This document shows positions 40,309 to 49,872 of a DNA stretch of 64,000 bases, one piece after another. The notes under the pieces were generated by a model that was not told the DNA's origin, did not search any database, and saw only the letters and a program-made list of their open reading frames with translations. The position numbers were made by a program, and so were the translations under genes. The DNA is from Bacteroidota bacterium (GTDB taxonomy: Bacteria > Bacteroidota > Bacteroidia > AKYH767-A > JAHEYN01), in assembly GCA_023251555.1 (NCBI GenBank), contig JAHEYN010000008.1:11535-75534 (forward strand), written 5' to 3'. Each line of letters opens with the position of its first letter. Position 1 is the stretch's first letter.

Positions 40309-42339
40309 CTACTTTGCGGCTTGCCGCTTCCTGAGCCTGCACAAGCCTTCATCAAGAAAATTCAGGTATTGGGCCGCATCCGGAGTATACCCCCGCGGGC
40401 GGGCAAGCATTCTTCCATTGCAATCAAGCAGAACATAATAAGGCTGCGAATTACTCCCATAAACAGAAGCCTGCATATCACTCCAGCGGTTGCCGGCCGT
40501 TTTTATTTTTTTCCCGCTGAAGAGAGAAATCTTCTGTTCACCGGCAGGAAGAGGTTCCTTATCATCCACATAAAGAGAAATGAGCACATAATCTTCCGAA
40601 ATCCTTTTCAGGACAGACGGGTCAGACCAAACGTTATCCTCCATCTTCCTGCAGTTTACGCATGACCACCCGGTAAAGTCAATCATCACCGGCTTCTGCT
40701 GCTCACGGGCATAGGCCATGCCTGACTCATAATCATGGTAACAGTTGAGGTTGTGCGGGCAATGCGTGGCTTTATTGCTTGTCCATTCCCTGTAAAATTC
40801 AGGCGGGGGAAAGCCGCTGATGAGATTCAGGGGTGCTCCCCATATCCCCGGGATCAGATATGCGGTGAAGGCAAATACAAGTATCGCCATCAAGATTCTT
40901 GTGATGCTGGGCTGTTTAACTTTTGAATCATGGCGAAAGCGGATTTTGCCAAGAAGATAAACACCAAGCATGCCGAAGATAATCACCCAGATGGCAATGA
41001 ATATTTCTCTCTTCAGCAAACCCCAGTGGTATGCAAGATCCACATTCGAAAGAAACTTCAGCGCAAGGGCAAGTTCAATAAAGCCGAGGGTTACCTTAAC
41101 AGAATTAAGCCAGCCTCCTGATTTGGGAAGCGAATGCAGCCAGCCGGGAAAAGCGGCAAACAAAGCAAACGGGAGGGCCAGCGCCAGTGCGAAGCCCCCC
41201 ATTCCCATGAGCGGCCCAAGGTAATTGCCTCCATGGGCTGCCTCTACCAGCAATGTACCTATTATGGGACCCGTGCAGGAAAATGACACCAGTGAAAGTG
41301 TAAATGCCATGAAGAATATACCCGGAAGGCCTCCCTGCTCGGAAGCTTTATCAGCCTTGTTCACAAAGTTGCCTGGAAGAGTAATCTCAAAGACACCGAA
41401 AAAGGAGATGGCAAACAGAATAAATATCACAAAGAAAAGCATGTTAAAGAATCCGCTGCTGGCCATGTCATTCAACGCATCAGAACCAAGAGAAACACTG
41501 ATGAGCAAGCCCAGCCCGACGTATATCACAATGATAGAAACCGCGTATATAAGTGCGTTACGGATTCCTTTTTTCCTGCTCCTGCTTTGCTTTGTGAAAA
41601 AACTAACGGTAAGAGGGATCATAGGGAATACACATGGCGTAAGCAGCGCAAGCAGGCCGCCGAGGACTCCACCTGCAAAGATGCCCCAGGGAGATGACAA
41701 TGCAACTGCATCATCCTGCCCTTCCCCGCAGCCCGGTTCAAGAGTATTGTCAGGGGCGGGCAGTATAACCGCCGGAGAAAGTGTGTCTGCATGAATGAGC
41801 GTATCTGCTTTTATCAATACCTGTGATGAACGCCCGGTATCTTCCTGTTTCACCCTGGCAGGCTCTACTGTTTTCGGATCCCCGCTCATATTGAACTCAA
41901 AGGCAACGTCTTCCGGCGGCAGACAGCCTTTGTCATTGCATGCAGCATAAGTCAGTGTTCCTTTTATTTCAAAAGGACTGCTGTCCGTTATCTTTATTTT
42001 TTGCCTGAATACAACTTTCTCTTCGTAATATTTCAGATCCATCTCAAACTCTTTGCTGTATTCACTGATAACTTTTCCCTCCTCTGTAATTTTGCCCGCA
42101 AGCTCATAGCTGCCGCTCTTCTCAAAAGATAATGAAACAGGGATGGGACCTCCATCGGCAATGGATGGGGAATAGATATGCCATGTTTTATCCATCCGGG
42201 CAGTAAAAACAAGCTCCTGCGCTCCCGCGGAAACTCTTCCGAGGCTATATGACCAATGCACCGGCTGCAGTATTTGAGCGGTGAGCGACAATACAGAAGC
42301 CTTGAAAAGGAGGACTGTCAAAAAAAATTTTAGCTTCAT
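40309..42339 (-). CDS. dsbD: thiol:disulfide interchange protein DsbD (protein-disulfide reductase)
   Basis: N-terminal periplasmic domain, central multi-TM cytochrome-c-biogenesis-type domain (CVFPMIPL), C-terminal thioredoxin-like domain with WCVNC. Confidence 0.85.
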   Translation of the reverse strand: MKLKFFLTVLLFKASVLSLTAQILQPVHWSYSLGRVSAGAQELVFTARMDKTWHIYSPSIADGGPIPVSLSFEKSGSYELAGKITEEGKVISEYSKEFEMDLKYYEEKVVFRQKIKITDSSPFEIKGTLTYAACNDKGCLPPEDVAFEFNMSGDPKTVEPARVKQEDTGRSSQVLIKADTLIHADTLSPAVILPAPDNTLEPGCGEGQDDAVALSSPWGIFAGGVLGGLLALLTPCVFPMIPLTVSFFTKQSRSRKKGIRNALIYAVSIIVIYVGLGLLISVSLGSDALNDMASSGFFNMLFFVIFILFAISFFGVFEITLPGNFVNKADKASEQGGLPGIFFMAFTLSLVSFSCTGPIIGTLLVEAAHGGNYLGPLMGMGGFALALALPFALFAAFPGWLHSLPKSGGWLNSVKVTLGFIELALALKFLSNVDLAYHWGLLKREIFIAIWVIIFGMLGVYLLGKIRFRHDSKVKQPSITRILMAILVFAFTAYLIPGIWGAPLNLISGFPPPEFYREWTSNKATHCPHNLNCYHDYESGMAYAREQQKPVMIDFTGWSCVNCRKMEDNVWSDPSVLKRISEDYVLISLYVDDKEPLPAGEQKISLFSGKKIKTAGNRWSDMQASVYGSNSQPYYVLLDCNGRMLARPRGYTPDAAQYLNFLDEGLCRLRKRQAAK

Positions 42340-42432
42340 TTTTCCGGGTTCTCAGGTATGCCTGCAAAAATAAGATTTTTCATCGCAGGCGGGGTATTTA
42401 TGCCTGTTCTTTTCCTTTCTGCCGCAGCTCAC

Positions 42433-44148
42433 TTACCGTGCAGGAAGGTTTTGTATCTCTTCCCGGCGCTGAAAAACCCCGATAAAGTAATTACTCTGGC
42501 GGCGATAGGTTAGAGCTTCTTCTTCCCATACATAACGCGTCTCCTGGGGGGAAATCATATCTGCAATGCCTACCAGCCGGTAATTCCTGGGCACATAAGT
42601 ATTAAACCACCCAAACAACGTGGTGTCTGCTCCCGGAAAAACCATGAGCGAGATAGGATTGTTGAACAATACAAAATATTTAGGCTTTGCAGCTTCCACA
42701 TCCCTGATAAATTCCCTTTGGAATCCTGAACTCACAGGATGTGCGTTCAGCAGGCCGGCTGCATCACAATGCCTCGAAGGACACCTCCGGTCTGCGTAAA
42801 AATAAACCTCCGCTTCCGACCCAAGCACGGCAATCTTATCCTGCGCGGTGGTTCTTTGTTTTATATAATCGCCTACTACCTTAGCCTCAGGGAAGGGATT
42901 CATTCCATACACTTCACGCAATATTTTTTTAGGGTTGGGAGAAAAGTAATAATCCTGTTTCCTGGCGATATTGCTTATAACTGCCAGCAAGAAAATACCG
43001 GCAGCTATCCCTCCCGATACCTGTGCAGAAAAGTTTTTTCGGAGCAGTGCCCTGGCGGTGTAAAAAAACAATCCGGCAAGCAACGCAATGCATGGCATGA
43101 GGAAAATCCAATAGTGGCCGTAAAACCGGAGCCCCGGGGCTATGGCAACAAAAGAAAGCAGCGTGAACAGGCTGAAAAATATTTTTTTGAAGATTCCCAG
43201 TCCCGTATCTGCAAACACAGCCAGCAACAGTCCCACGAGCGCAAGCAGCCAAAATAATGTGTAATTATCCATAACTCTTCCGAGCGTACTGAAAAAGAGT
43301 TTTAATCCATCGGCAAGCGGTATGGCAGAAGAATAGCTGCGTGCATAGTCGTATGTCCAGAAGATGAACTGATCCCATGCACCGTGCAAAAGCATCACGG
43401 CAAAACAAAGCAGCAGCATAGTCGCTACTCCTGCAGCGTACAGGCCAGTGTTCCGGAACAATGCCTTCCTGTCAGCGGGGCGGGTTAAAACATAATGACA
43501 AACAATCATGACTCCGGCAAAAGCAATAAAAAACAAGCCGTTTTGTTTTACCAGCGCCGACATGCCAAGCATGAGACCACTGCCAAAAAAATACGAAGCT
43601 TTATTTTTTTCTATTCCATGGAGAAAAAGAAAAATCCCTCCTGAAACAAAGAATGCAATAAGATGCTCCGATTGCACCGTAAACCCGGAGATGTGAGGGG
43701 CTAAGGAAAGCAGGGCATAAGCAGCAGCGGCAATTATGCCGGCAGTTTTACCAAGGAGCGCTTTGCCGGCAAGGCAGATAAAAATAATGGTTCCTATATT
43801 CACAAAGATAAACCCGAAATGAAGATCCTCTATGGTATTTCCGAACACGTATATGAAAGCCGCGTACAGGTAATAGAGACCCGGGGGTTTCAGTTCGTAA
43901 AAGTCAATATAGGGAGTCTTCCCGTCAAGAATAAGCTGACCCATGTAGCTGTATACACCTTCGTCACGCTCGAAAGGGATATGCAAAAATTTTATCCGGA
44001 TAAAAAATACAAAGAGGCTGATAAATGCCAGATAAAATACAGTGCTGTCGGTTCTTTCAAGAAAAGATCTGTCTTTCTTTTCCACAGGAAGTTCCGCCTT
44101 GCCTCTGCCAGGCACACTATGGCTCTTGTGTTGAGATTTATGTTTCAT
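42433..44148 (-). CDS. GT-C glycosyltransferase, ArnT/PMT (GT39/GT83)-like
   Basis: First loop FERDEGVYSYMGQLILDGKTPY...ELKPPGLYYLYAAF carries the DE..Y and KPPL signatures of ArnT/PMT. About 12 TM helices. Confidence 0.75.
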   Translation of the reverse strand: MKHKSQHKSHSVPGRGKAELPVEKKDRSFLERTDSTVFYLAFISLFVFFIRIKFLHIPFERDEGVYSYMGQLILDGKTPYIDFYELKPPGLYYLYAAFIYVFGNTIEDLHFGFIFVNIGTIIFICLAGKALLGKTAGIIAAAAYALLSLAPHISGFTVQSEHLIAFFVSGGIFLFLHGIEKNKASYFFGSGLMLGMSALVKQNGLFFIAFAGVMIVCHYVLTRPADRKALFRNTGLYAAGVATMLLLCFAVMLLHGAWDQFIFWTYDYARSYSSAIPLADGLKLFFSTLGRVMDNYTLFWLLALVGLLLAVFADTGLGIFKKIFFSLFTLLSFVAIAPGLRFYGHYWIFLMPCIALLAGLFFYTARALLRKNFSAQVSGGIAAGIFLLAVISNIARKQDYYFSPNPKKILREVYGMNPFPEAKVVGDYIKQRTTAQDKIAVLGSEAEVYFYADRRCPSRHCDAAGLLNAHPVSSGFQREFIRDVEAAKPKYFVLFNNPISLMVFPGADTTLFGWFNTYVPRNYRLVGIADMISPQETRYVWEEEALTYRRQSNYFIGVFQRREEIQNLPAR

Positions 44149-44235
44149 GCAGGTGAGTCAAAAGTACAAATAATACCAACGCCTGTTGACAACCGGGCTT
44201 TTGACAAAATTGAAGGCTCTGTATGACGACATAAG

Positions 44236-45765
44236 TCAGAGCAAGTCTGCTTTCCCGCGGATAATTTCAGCAAACGGCCTGCCACTTATTTTGCTTTCCA
44301 GCCAGGAAATAATGTCAAAATATTCGAGTGCCCTGCGTTCGAACGGGTCGCGGATAATTTTAGTCAGATCCCTCTTCAGATCTTCAAACATAAGGATAAG
44401 CTCCTTTCCTGAATTGGCTCTGGGCAAGCGGGTCCGGATAAAATCAAGAATACAGGATTCGAATTTATACAGGTACTTTCTTTTATAAAGAAAACGGTAG
44501 GTGGATTTAACAAGATATTCCAGGAGGTCGGTATTGCCCAGTTCAAAATGCAAAATAAGATTAAGTATGCGGGTGAAGCAATGTATGTCGGCGTACAAAC
44601 CAAGGTTGGCATGGTTCAGTATCTTATTGATCCACTGCAGAGCCTTTGTATAATCTTCGGACCCGAAATACGCAACAAAGATGTTATACCATAATATAAT
44701 TTCATTGGCCTGGTTGAAAGAAGCTTTCCGAACCTGCTTCATCTCCATTTCTATCACCGGCACCAGCACGGCCCCCTCCCTGAAACGGCCGGTATTATTG
44801 TAATATGTAAGCTGGTAAATGAAGACAAGCATATGCGAGTTGGTATGCTCCGCACGATAAGTTCTGCTTGTGATTTTAAGTTTCTCAAGCACCTCCAGAT
44901 AGTCATCGTATTTATGAAGATACTGGCAAATCAGCAGGTAATTGCTCAGCGTGGCAATATATGTATTTGGCTTTTCAAGGATCTGGTGGGGGTGACTTTC
45001 TATAAGTGATAACTGGGATTTGCAATACATCAGGCTCCTTTTAAAGTCACCCTTTATCAGGTGGTAGTTCGAATGAAGGTTGCAGAAATAATATTTAGAC
45101 TGGTATGTAAGCGCTCTTTTTTCACTCCTGAGAACAGGATGGCTCATTATTGCACTGTAATTTTTTACATCACGCTCGCTCCGCGTCATTGACTCCCAGC
45201 GATTAAGTACAAGAACCCGGGTAGCCAGTTTAAAAAAAACGGAAGTGTTCTCATATTTCTCGATGACTGATGTTTCTTCGCCCGAAATTTTATCCAGTTC
45301 CTTGTCAAGCCGGTCCAGGTCAAGTGTTGCCCGGTACAACTCCACTTCCCACCTGAGCACCTCAAGGATTGCAGGGAATTTTTCATATTTATATGCAATT
45401 TCCTTTGCCTTACGGAGAATCTTGCTGCACTGCTTATAAAGCCTCTTCTCAAAAAGAATCTCCGCACTCCTGAGGAGTTCCTTCAGGCGGGCTTCACTTG
45501 ATGATTCAGAAAAAAAATTACGGAGCGTCCTGAGTATAAGCGCGTGGAGATAGTTTTTTTCATAGGACAGGTGTTTCGCAAATTTTTCATGGCGGAAAAG
45601 CCTGCCCAGCTCCTCCTCGTCATACTCACGCTGCCCGTCAATGGCATCAAAAATCCTGAGATAGTTTTTTTCTCCTTTATGAATGGATGCCGATAACTTA
45701 AAAAATCGTTTCTCTGATTTGGTCAGTGATTTAATCAGAAGAAAAAGATCCTCATTTTTTTTCAT
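44236..45765 (-). CDS. hypothetical cytoplasmic all-helical (TPR-like) protein, 509 aa
   Basis: No signal peptide, no TM segments. Helical heptad-like composition, Lys/Glu/Leu/Tyr-rich. No recognisable catalytic motifs. Confidence 0.45.
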   Translation of the reverse strand: MKKNEDLFLLIKSLTKSEKRFFKLSASIHKGEKNYLRIFDAIDGQREYDEEELGRLFRHEKFAKHLSYEKNYLHALILRTLRNFFSESSSEARLKELLRSAEILFEKRLYKQCSKILRKAKEIAYKYEKFPAILEVLRWEVELYRATLDLDRLDKELDKISGEETSVIEKYENTSVFFKLATRVLVLNRWESMTRSERDVKNYSAIMSHPVLRSEKRALTYQSKYYFCNLHSNYHLIKGDFKRSLMYCKSQLSLIESHPHQILEKPNTYIATLSNYLLICQYLHKYDDYLEVLEKLKITSRTYRAEHTNSHMLVFIYQLTYYNNTGRFREGAVLVPVIEMEMKQVRKASFNQANEIILWYNIFVAYFGSEDYTKALQWINKILNHANLGLYADIHCFTRILNLILHFELGNTDLLEYLVKSTYRFLYKRKYLYKFESCILDFIRTRLPRANSGKELILMFEDLKRDLTKIIRDPFERRALEYFDIISWLESKISGRPFAEIIRGKADLL

Positions 45766-45931
45766 GGAATACTAAAAATTTATATGTAAATATCATTATT
45801 TTAACTATTTTTAACAACTAATGTATAAAATAGAATACTAAAAATAAAATAATATTGAGTAGTATTGCAGGGTATCCTCCCTGATATTTGCCATCACTAA
45901 TAAGGTTCATATACCTCCATCTGAAAGAATC

Positions 45932-48766
45932 ATGAAAAAAATATTTCTCCTCATCCTCTCCGCCCAGACAGCTTCCTTCTCCTGGGCTGCGCTTACCTAT
46001 AACTCAAGCGCCATTGTCCAGAACAATACCGGCACAGTACTGCAGGGAAGCACGAAGCAGGAACTGTTACAGATATATATTTATATGACAGGAACGGGCC
46101 CCGGCCCAACACTTAACAATATCACCTTCAACACGGACGGAAGCACCAATGCCGCTGCAGATCTGGCCGGTGCCAATGCGAAAGTATGGTATAACAGCAC
46201 CCTTACAACTTCCACCTTTTCAACCACCACGCTCAATTACGGATCTGTTGTTGCAAACCCAAACGGATCTTTTGCCTTTTCAGGAGCGCTGACCCTTGTG
46301 GCAGGATATAATTATTTCTGGCTCAGCTATGATGTCCCTGCAGGTGCAACCATCTGTAACACTGTTTGTGCAAATAAATCTGTTAATGTTTCCCTTACCC
46401 TGTCATCCGGGGGGCCATATACTCCCCTGGTCGGCATGCCACCTGTGGGCAGACAGGTAGACGGAACAATGGTTTACGGCACAGCCATCGGTACCCAGCC
46501 GGCTCCCAAGCAGGCATACCCGGGTACGCCCAACACGGAAATATTCGGTATTGAAATTACAGCAACCGGCTCACAGTCTCCGCTCAATGTAACCCAGTTG
46601 GTATTCAATGCAAACGGAACGACAAATGTTGCCGATATCTCGAATGCAAAACTCTGGTATACAGCAACCAGTTCCACCTTCTCGGCCACCACACAGGCAG
46701 GAAGCACAGTCGCTTCCGTGCCCGCATACCCTGCAACATTTAGTTTCTCCGGATTTTCCAATGCCCTGGCAGGATGCGACACTGTATTTTACTGGCTCAC
46801 ATACGATGTCTCGCCAAGTGCAAATATTAGTAATCTGCTCGACGCAGAATGTACTTCCGTCACAGTGGGAGGCAGTGCAAAAACCCCTGTTCCTACTGCC
46901 ACTTCCGGGTACCTCGGTATATCAAACTACCCTGCCTATGCCCAGAAAAAACACGCCGGCAACAACAGTGATTATGTGGAATGCCTCACGCTGAACAACA
47001 CAGGAGTTGTAGCAGCCGGGTATACCTTCAGTTTCGGCGCAGGCAGCAGTGACGTTTGCATACTCCAGACCAACCTTGCCGGCGACTTATTGTGGCATAA
47101 AACATATGGCACCACCAGCTCGGAATCAGCCGAATACATTACACAGGGCGGCGGCGGATTTCTTGTTGCCGGAACCCGGAACCCCGGCAGCAGCAACGAC
47201 ATGATGCTTATGAATACCGACGCAAACGGAAACGTGCTGTGGAACCAGAGTTACGGGGTAACCAACTGGGGAGAAAGCGGCTACTGGGTGGACCAGGTTA
47301 CCGGAGGAGGATATATCGTTGCCGGACAGATGATACAGGCTGTAACCTTCGGGGATATGTACCTGGTAAAAACTTCGAGTACCGGAACTTTCCTATGGGG
47401 AAAAAGTTTCGGCGGAACGGGAAATGCGGAGATGCTGAAATATGTAAAGGAAATTTCCGGCGGGTATTTCATTGCAGGAACAACCACAACCTATGGGGCA
47501 GGACTCTCCGATATTTTTCTTGCCAAAACCGATGTTAATGGAAATCTTTTATGGTCCACCACCTATGGCAGCAGCGGACTGAACTCCGAAGAGTTTGTGA
47601 ATGCCGACCAGACTACCGACGGAGGTTTTATTATTACCGGATCGGTAGGAAGTTCTCTTGCCTCCGGGGGAGCCGGGGACTTCTGCCTTCTCAAGGTGGA
47701 TGTAAACGGTAACTTCCAGTGGTTCATGTCTTATGGCGGATCCAACGGAGACGATCCTTACTGGGTTGAACAAACCGCTGACGGCGGCTATATCGTGGGA
47801 GGATCATCTGCCAGTCTCAGCTCCACCTATGATTTCCTTCTGGTAAAAACTGACCCTTCAGGAACTATACAATGGACAAAAGGATGGGGTAGTACCGCCT
47901 TCAGCACTACGGATTATGTTTCATCCGTAAAGCAGTCTACCGACGGAAGTTACTGGCTTACCGTAGTCTCCGGGTTCAGCGCAGGAGGTGCCGACTACGG
48001 TATCCTGCACCTTGATGCGACCGGCAATACAGGAGGATGTGACGACCTGCCGACAGCAAGTATCATTTCAAAATCTTTTTCGCTGGGAATAAGCGGGGTG
48101 GTCAAAAATGTTTCTCCAACCAACTTTACCGTGGGCACAGGAGGCACCGGTGCTCTCATAGCAAGTTCAGTACTCACAGGAAACCCCTCCACCCCGGCTT
48201 CCACTGATAATTGTCCTGTTCCACTGGTTCTCCCTGTCAGCCTCATCTCTTTTGATGGGTATAACGAGGGAGGGAAAAATATACTGGAGTGGATTACCGC
48301 ATCAGAATTAAATAATGACATGTTTGTCATTGAGCGCAGTCTTGACGGACAGCGTTTTGAGTCTATAGGAAGGGTGAAAAGCAATGGTAATTCTGCAATG
48401 CAGCAACACTATACTTTTGCGGATACAAGTCCTCTTCCCGGTATAAATTATTACCGCCTGCGACAGATTGACTACAATGGCCGTTCTGATTTCTCGCAAA
48501 CAATTACAATTTACTCTTCCCGGATGCAGGCGGGCATCAATATCTACCCCAACCCCGCAAATGAAAAAATGTTCTGCGAATATAATGCAGGACAGGAGTC
48601 TGCAGTAATTTTTGCTGTCACGGACTTATTGGGGAATATTATTTCAGAGGAGAAAACAAAAATCCTGAAAGGGGAGAACACCTTCTCCTTCAACATAAGT
48701 GCGCTTCCTGCAGGTATTTACTTTCTAAGGGCAGGAGGCTGTGCAGGAAAATTTGTAAAGGAGTAG
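45932..48766 (+). CDS. T9SS cargo: two N-terminal Thr/Ser-rich modules, SBBP-type repeats, conserved pre-CTD module and Por CTD
   Basis: Signal peptide. Modules NITFNTDGSTNAAADLAGANAKVWYN and LVFNANGTTNVADISNAKLWYT. SBBP-like repeats (GYTFSFGAGSSDVCILQTNLAGDLLWHKTYG...). Shared module NILEWITASELNNDMFVIERSLDGQRFESIG...NYYRLRQIDYNGR. CTD ...GIYFLRAGG.... Confidence 0.7.
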   Translation: MKKIFLLILSAQTASFSWAALTYNSSAIVQNNTGTVLQGSTKQELLQIYIYMTGTGPGPTLNNITFNTDGSTNAAADLAGANAKVWYNSTLTTSTFSTTTLNYGSVVANPNGSFAFSGALTLVAGYNYFWLSYDVPAGATICNTVCANKSVNVSLTLSSGGPYTPLVGMPPVGRQVDGTMVYGTAIGTQPAPKQAYPGTPNTEIFGIEITATGSQSPLNVTQLVFNANGTTNVADISNAKLWYTATSSTFSATTQAGSTVASVPAYPATFSFSGFSNALAGCDTVFYWLTYDVSPSANISNLLDAECTSVTVGGSAKTPVPTATSGYLGISNYPAYAQKKHAGNNSDYVECLTLNNTGVVAAGYTFSFGAGSSDVCILQTNLAGDLLWHKTYGTTSSESAEYITQGGGGFLVAGTRNPGSSNDMMLMNTDANGNVLWNQSYGVTNWGESGYWVDQVTGGGYIVAGQMIQAVTFGDMYLVKTSSTGTFLWGKSFGGTGNAEMLKYVKEISGGYFIAGTTTTYGAGLSDIFLAKTDVNGNLLWSTTYGSSGLNSEEFVNADQTTDGGFIITGSVGSSLASGGAGDFCLLKVDVNGNFQWFMSYGGSNGDDPYWVEQTADGGYIVGGSSASLSSTYDFLLVKTDPSGTIQWTKGWGSTAFSTTDYVSSVKQSTDGSYWLTVVSGFSAGGADYGILHLDATGNTGGCDDLPTASIISKSFSLGISGVVKNVSPTNFTVGTGGTGALIASSVLTGNPSTPASTDNCPVPLVLPVSLISFDGYNEGGKNILEWITASELNNDMFVIERSLDGQRFESIGRVKSNGNSAMQQHYTFADTSPLPGINYYRLRQIDYNGRSDFSQTITIYSSRMQAGINIYPNPANEKMFCEYNAGQESAVIFAVTDLLGNIISEEKTKILKGENTFSFNISALPAGIYFLRAGGCAGKFVKE

Positions 48767-48778
48767 GAACGAACTCTC

Positions 48779-49843
48779 TTAAGCGTCCTTCTCTCCTGCC
48801 CCGTACTTCCTCCACTTTTCAGCAAGAGCGGCAAAAGATGGGGGCAGAGGAGATTCGAAGAACACTTCATTGCCTGTTAAAGGGTGCGTAAAGCCAAGGG
48901 AGCGGGCATGGAGTGCCTGGCCCGGGAGCATTCCAAAACAGTTCTCCACAAACTGCCTGTATTTTGTGAAGGTAGTTCCTTTCAATATTTTATCTCCTCC
49001 ATACTCCCTGTCGTTAAACAGCGGGTGGCCTGTACTTTTAAAATGCACCCTGATCTGGTGTGTCCGGCCTGTCTCAAGCCTGCATTCAGCCAGAGTCACA
49101 TAACCCAGTCTCTCCAAAACCTTATAATGAGTAACGGCAGGTTTTCCGTGTTCTCCCCCTGGAAATACATCCATAACTTTCCTGTCTTTGAGATTACGGC
49201 CTATGTTTCCTCTTATTGTTCCCTCATCCTCTTTCAGGGAACCCCAGACAAGCGCGACATACCTTCTCTTCACTGTTTTTAAAAAAAATTGTTTTGCCAG
49301 GGAAGCCATAGACTGCTCGCTTTTGGCAATCACAAGAAGACCTGTTGTATCCTTGTCAATCCTGTGTACCAGCCCCGGCCTTACATCCCCGTTGCCCTTC
49401 GCTGATATAAATGCGCCATTCTTCTCCTCCAGTTCCAGGTGAAACATCACTGCGTTCATCAGCGTACCGGAATAATTACCATAAGCCGGGTGAACCACCA
49501 TCCCGGCAGGTTTATTAACGATCATGAAACTCTCGTCCTCGTATACAATATCAAGAGGAATGTTTTCGGGAATGAGTTCTATTTCCCGCGGCGGGTGAGG
49601 CAGCACCACGCTGATAATGTCAAGAGGCTTAATCCTGTAATTGGCTTTTGCCTGTTTCCCGTTTACAAGGATACACCCGGCCTCCATGGCATTCTGTATC
49701 CTGTTTCTCGAAGTTTTTTCAAGGCGGTTGGAAAGAAACTTATCTATGCGGATGGATTCCTGCCCCCGATCCACCTCAAAACGATGATGCTCATAAAGAT
49801 CATTCTCGTGTTCAAGGCTGTTATCATCCCCGGGTATCGTCAT
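48779..49843 (-). CDS. rluD: RluA-family 23S rRNA pseudouridine synthase (RluD-like)
   Basis: N-terminal S4 domain. Catalytic HRIDKDTTGLLVIAK motif. Confidence 0.9.
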   Translation of the reverse strand: MTIPGDDNSLEHENDLYEHHRFEVDRGQESIRIDKFLSNRLEKTSRNRIQNAMEAGCILVNGKQAKANYRIKPLDIISVVLPHPPREIELIPENIPLDIVYEDESFMIVNKPAGMVVHPAYGNYSGTLMNAVMFHLELEEKNGAFISAKGNGDVRPGLVHRIDKDTTGLLVIAKSEQSMASLAKQFFLKTVKRRYVALVWGSLKEDEGTIRGNIGRNLKDRKVMDVFPGGEHGKPAVTHYKVLERLGYVTLAECRLETGRTHQIRVHFKSTGHPLFNDREYGGDKILKGTTFTKYRQFVENCFGMLPGQALHARSLGFTHPLTGNEVFFESPLPPSFAALAEKWRKYGAGEKDA

Positions 49844-49872
49844 ATCTCAGGCACTTTAAAATTGAGAAAATG

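Noticed and set aside
40321-41794. Series of + strand ORFs (114, 63, 84 and 189 aa) inside the dsbD locus
   Set aside because: These are shadow ORFs on the opposite strand of a well-supported dsbD gene. They have Arg/Pro-rich compositions typical of antisense frames.
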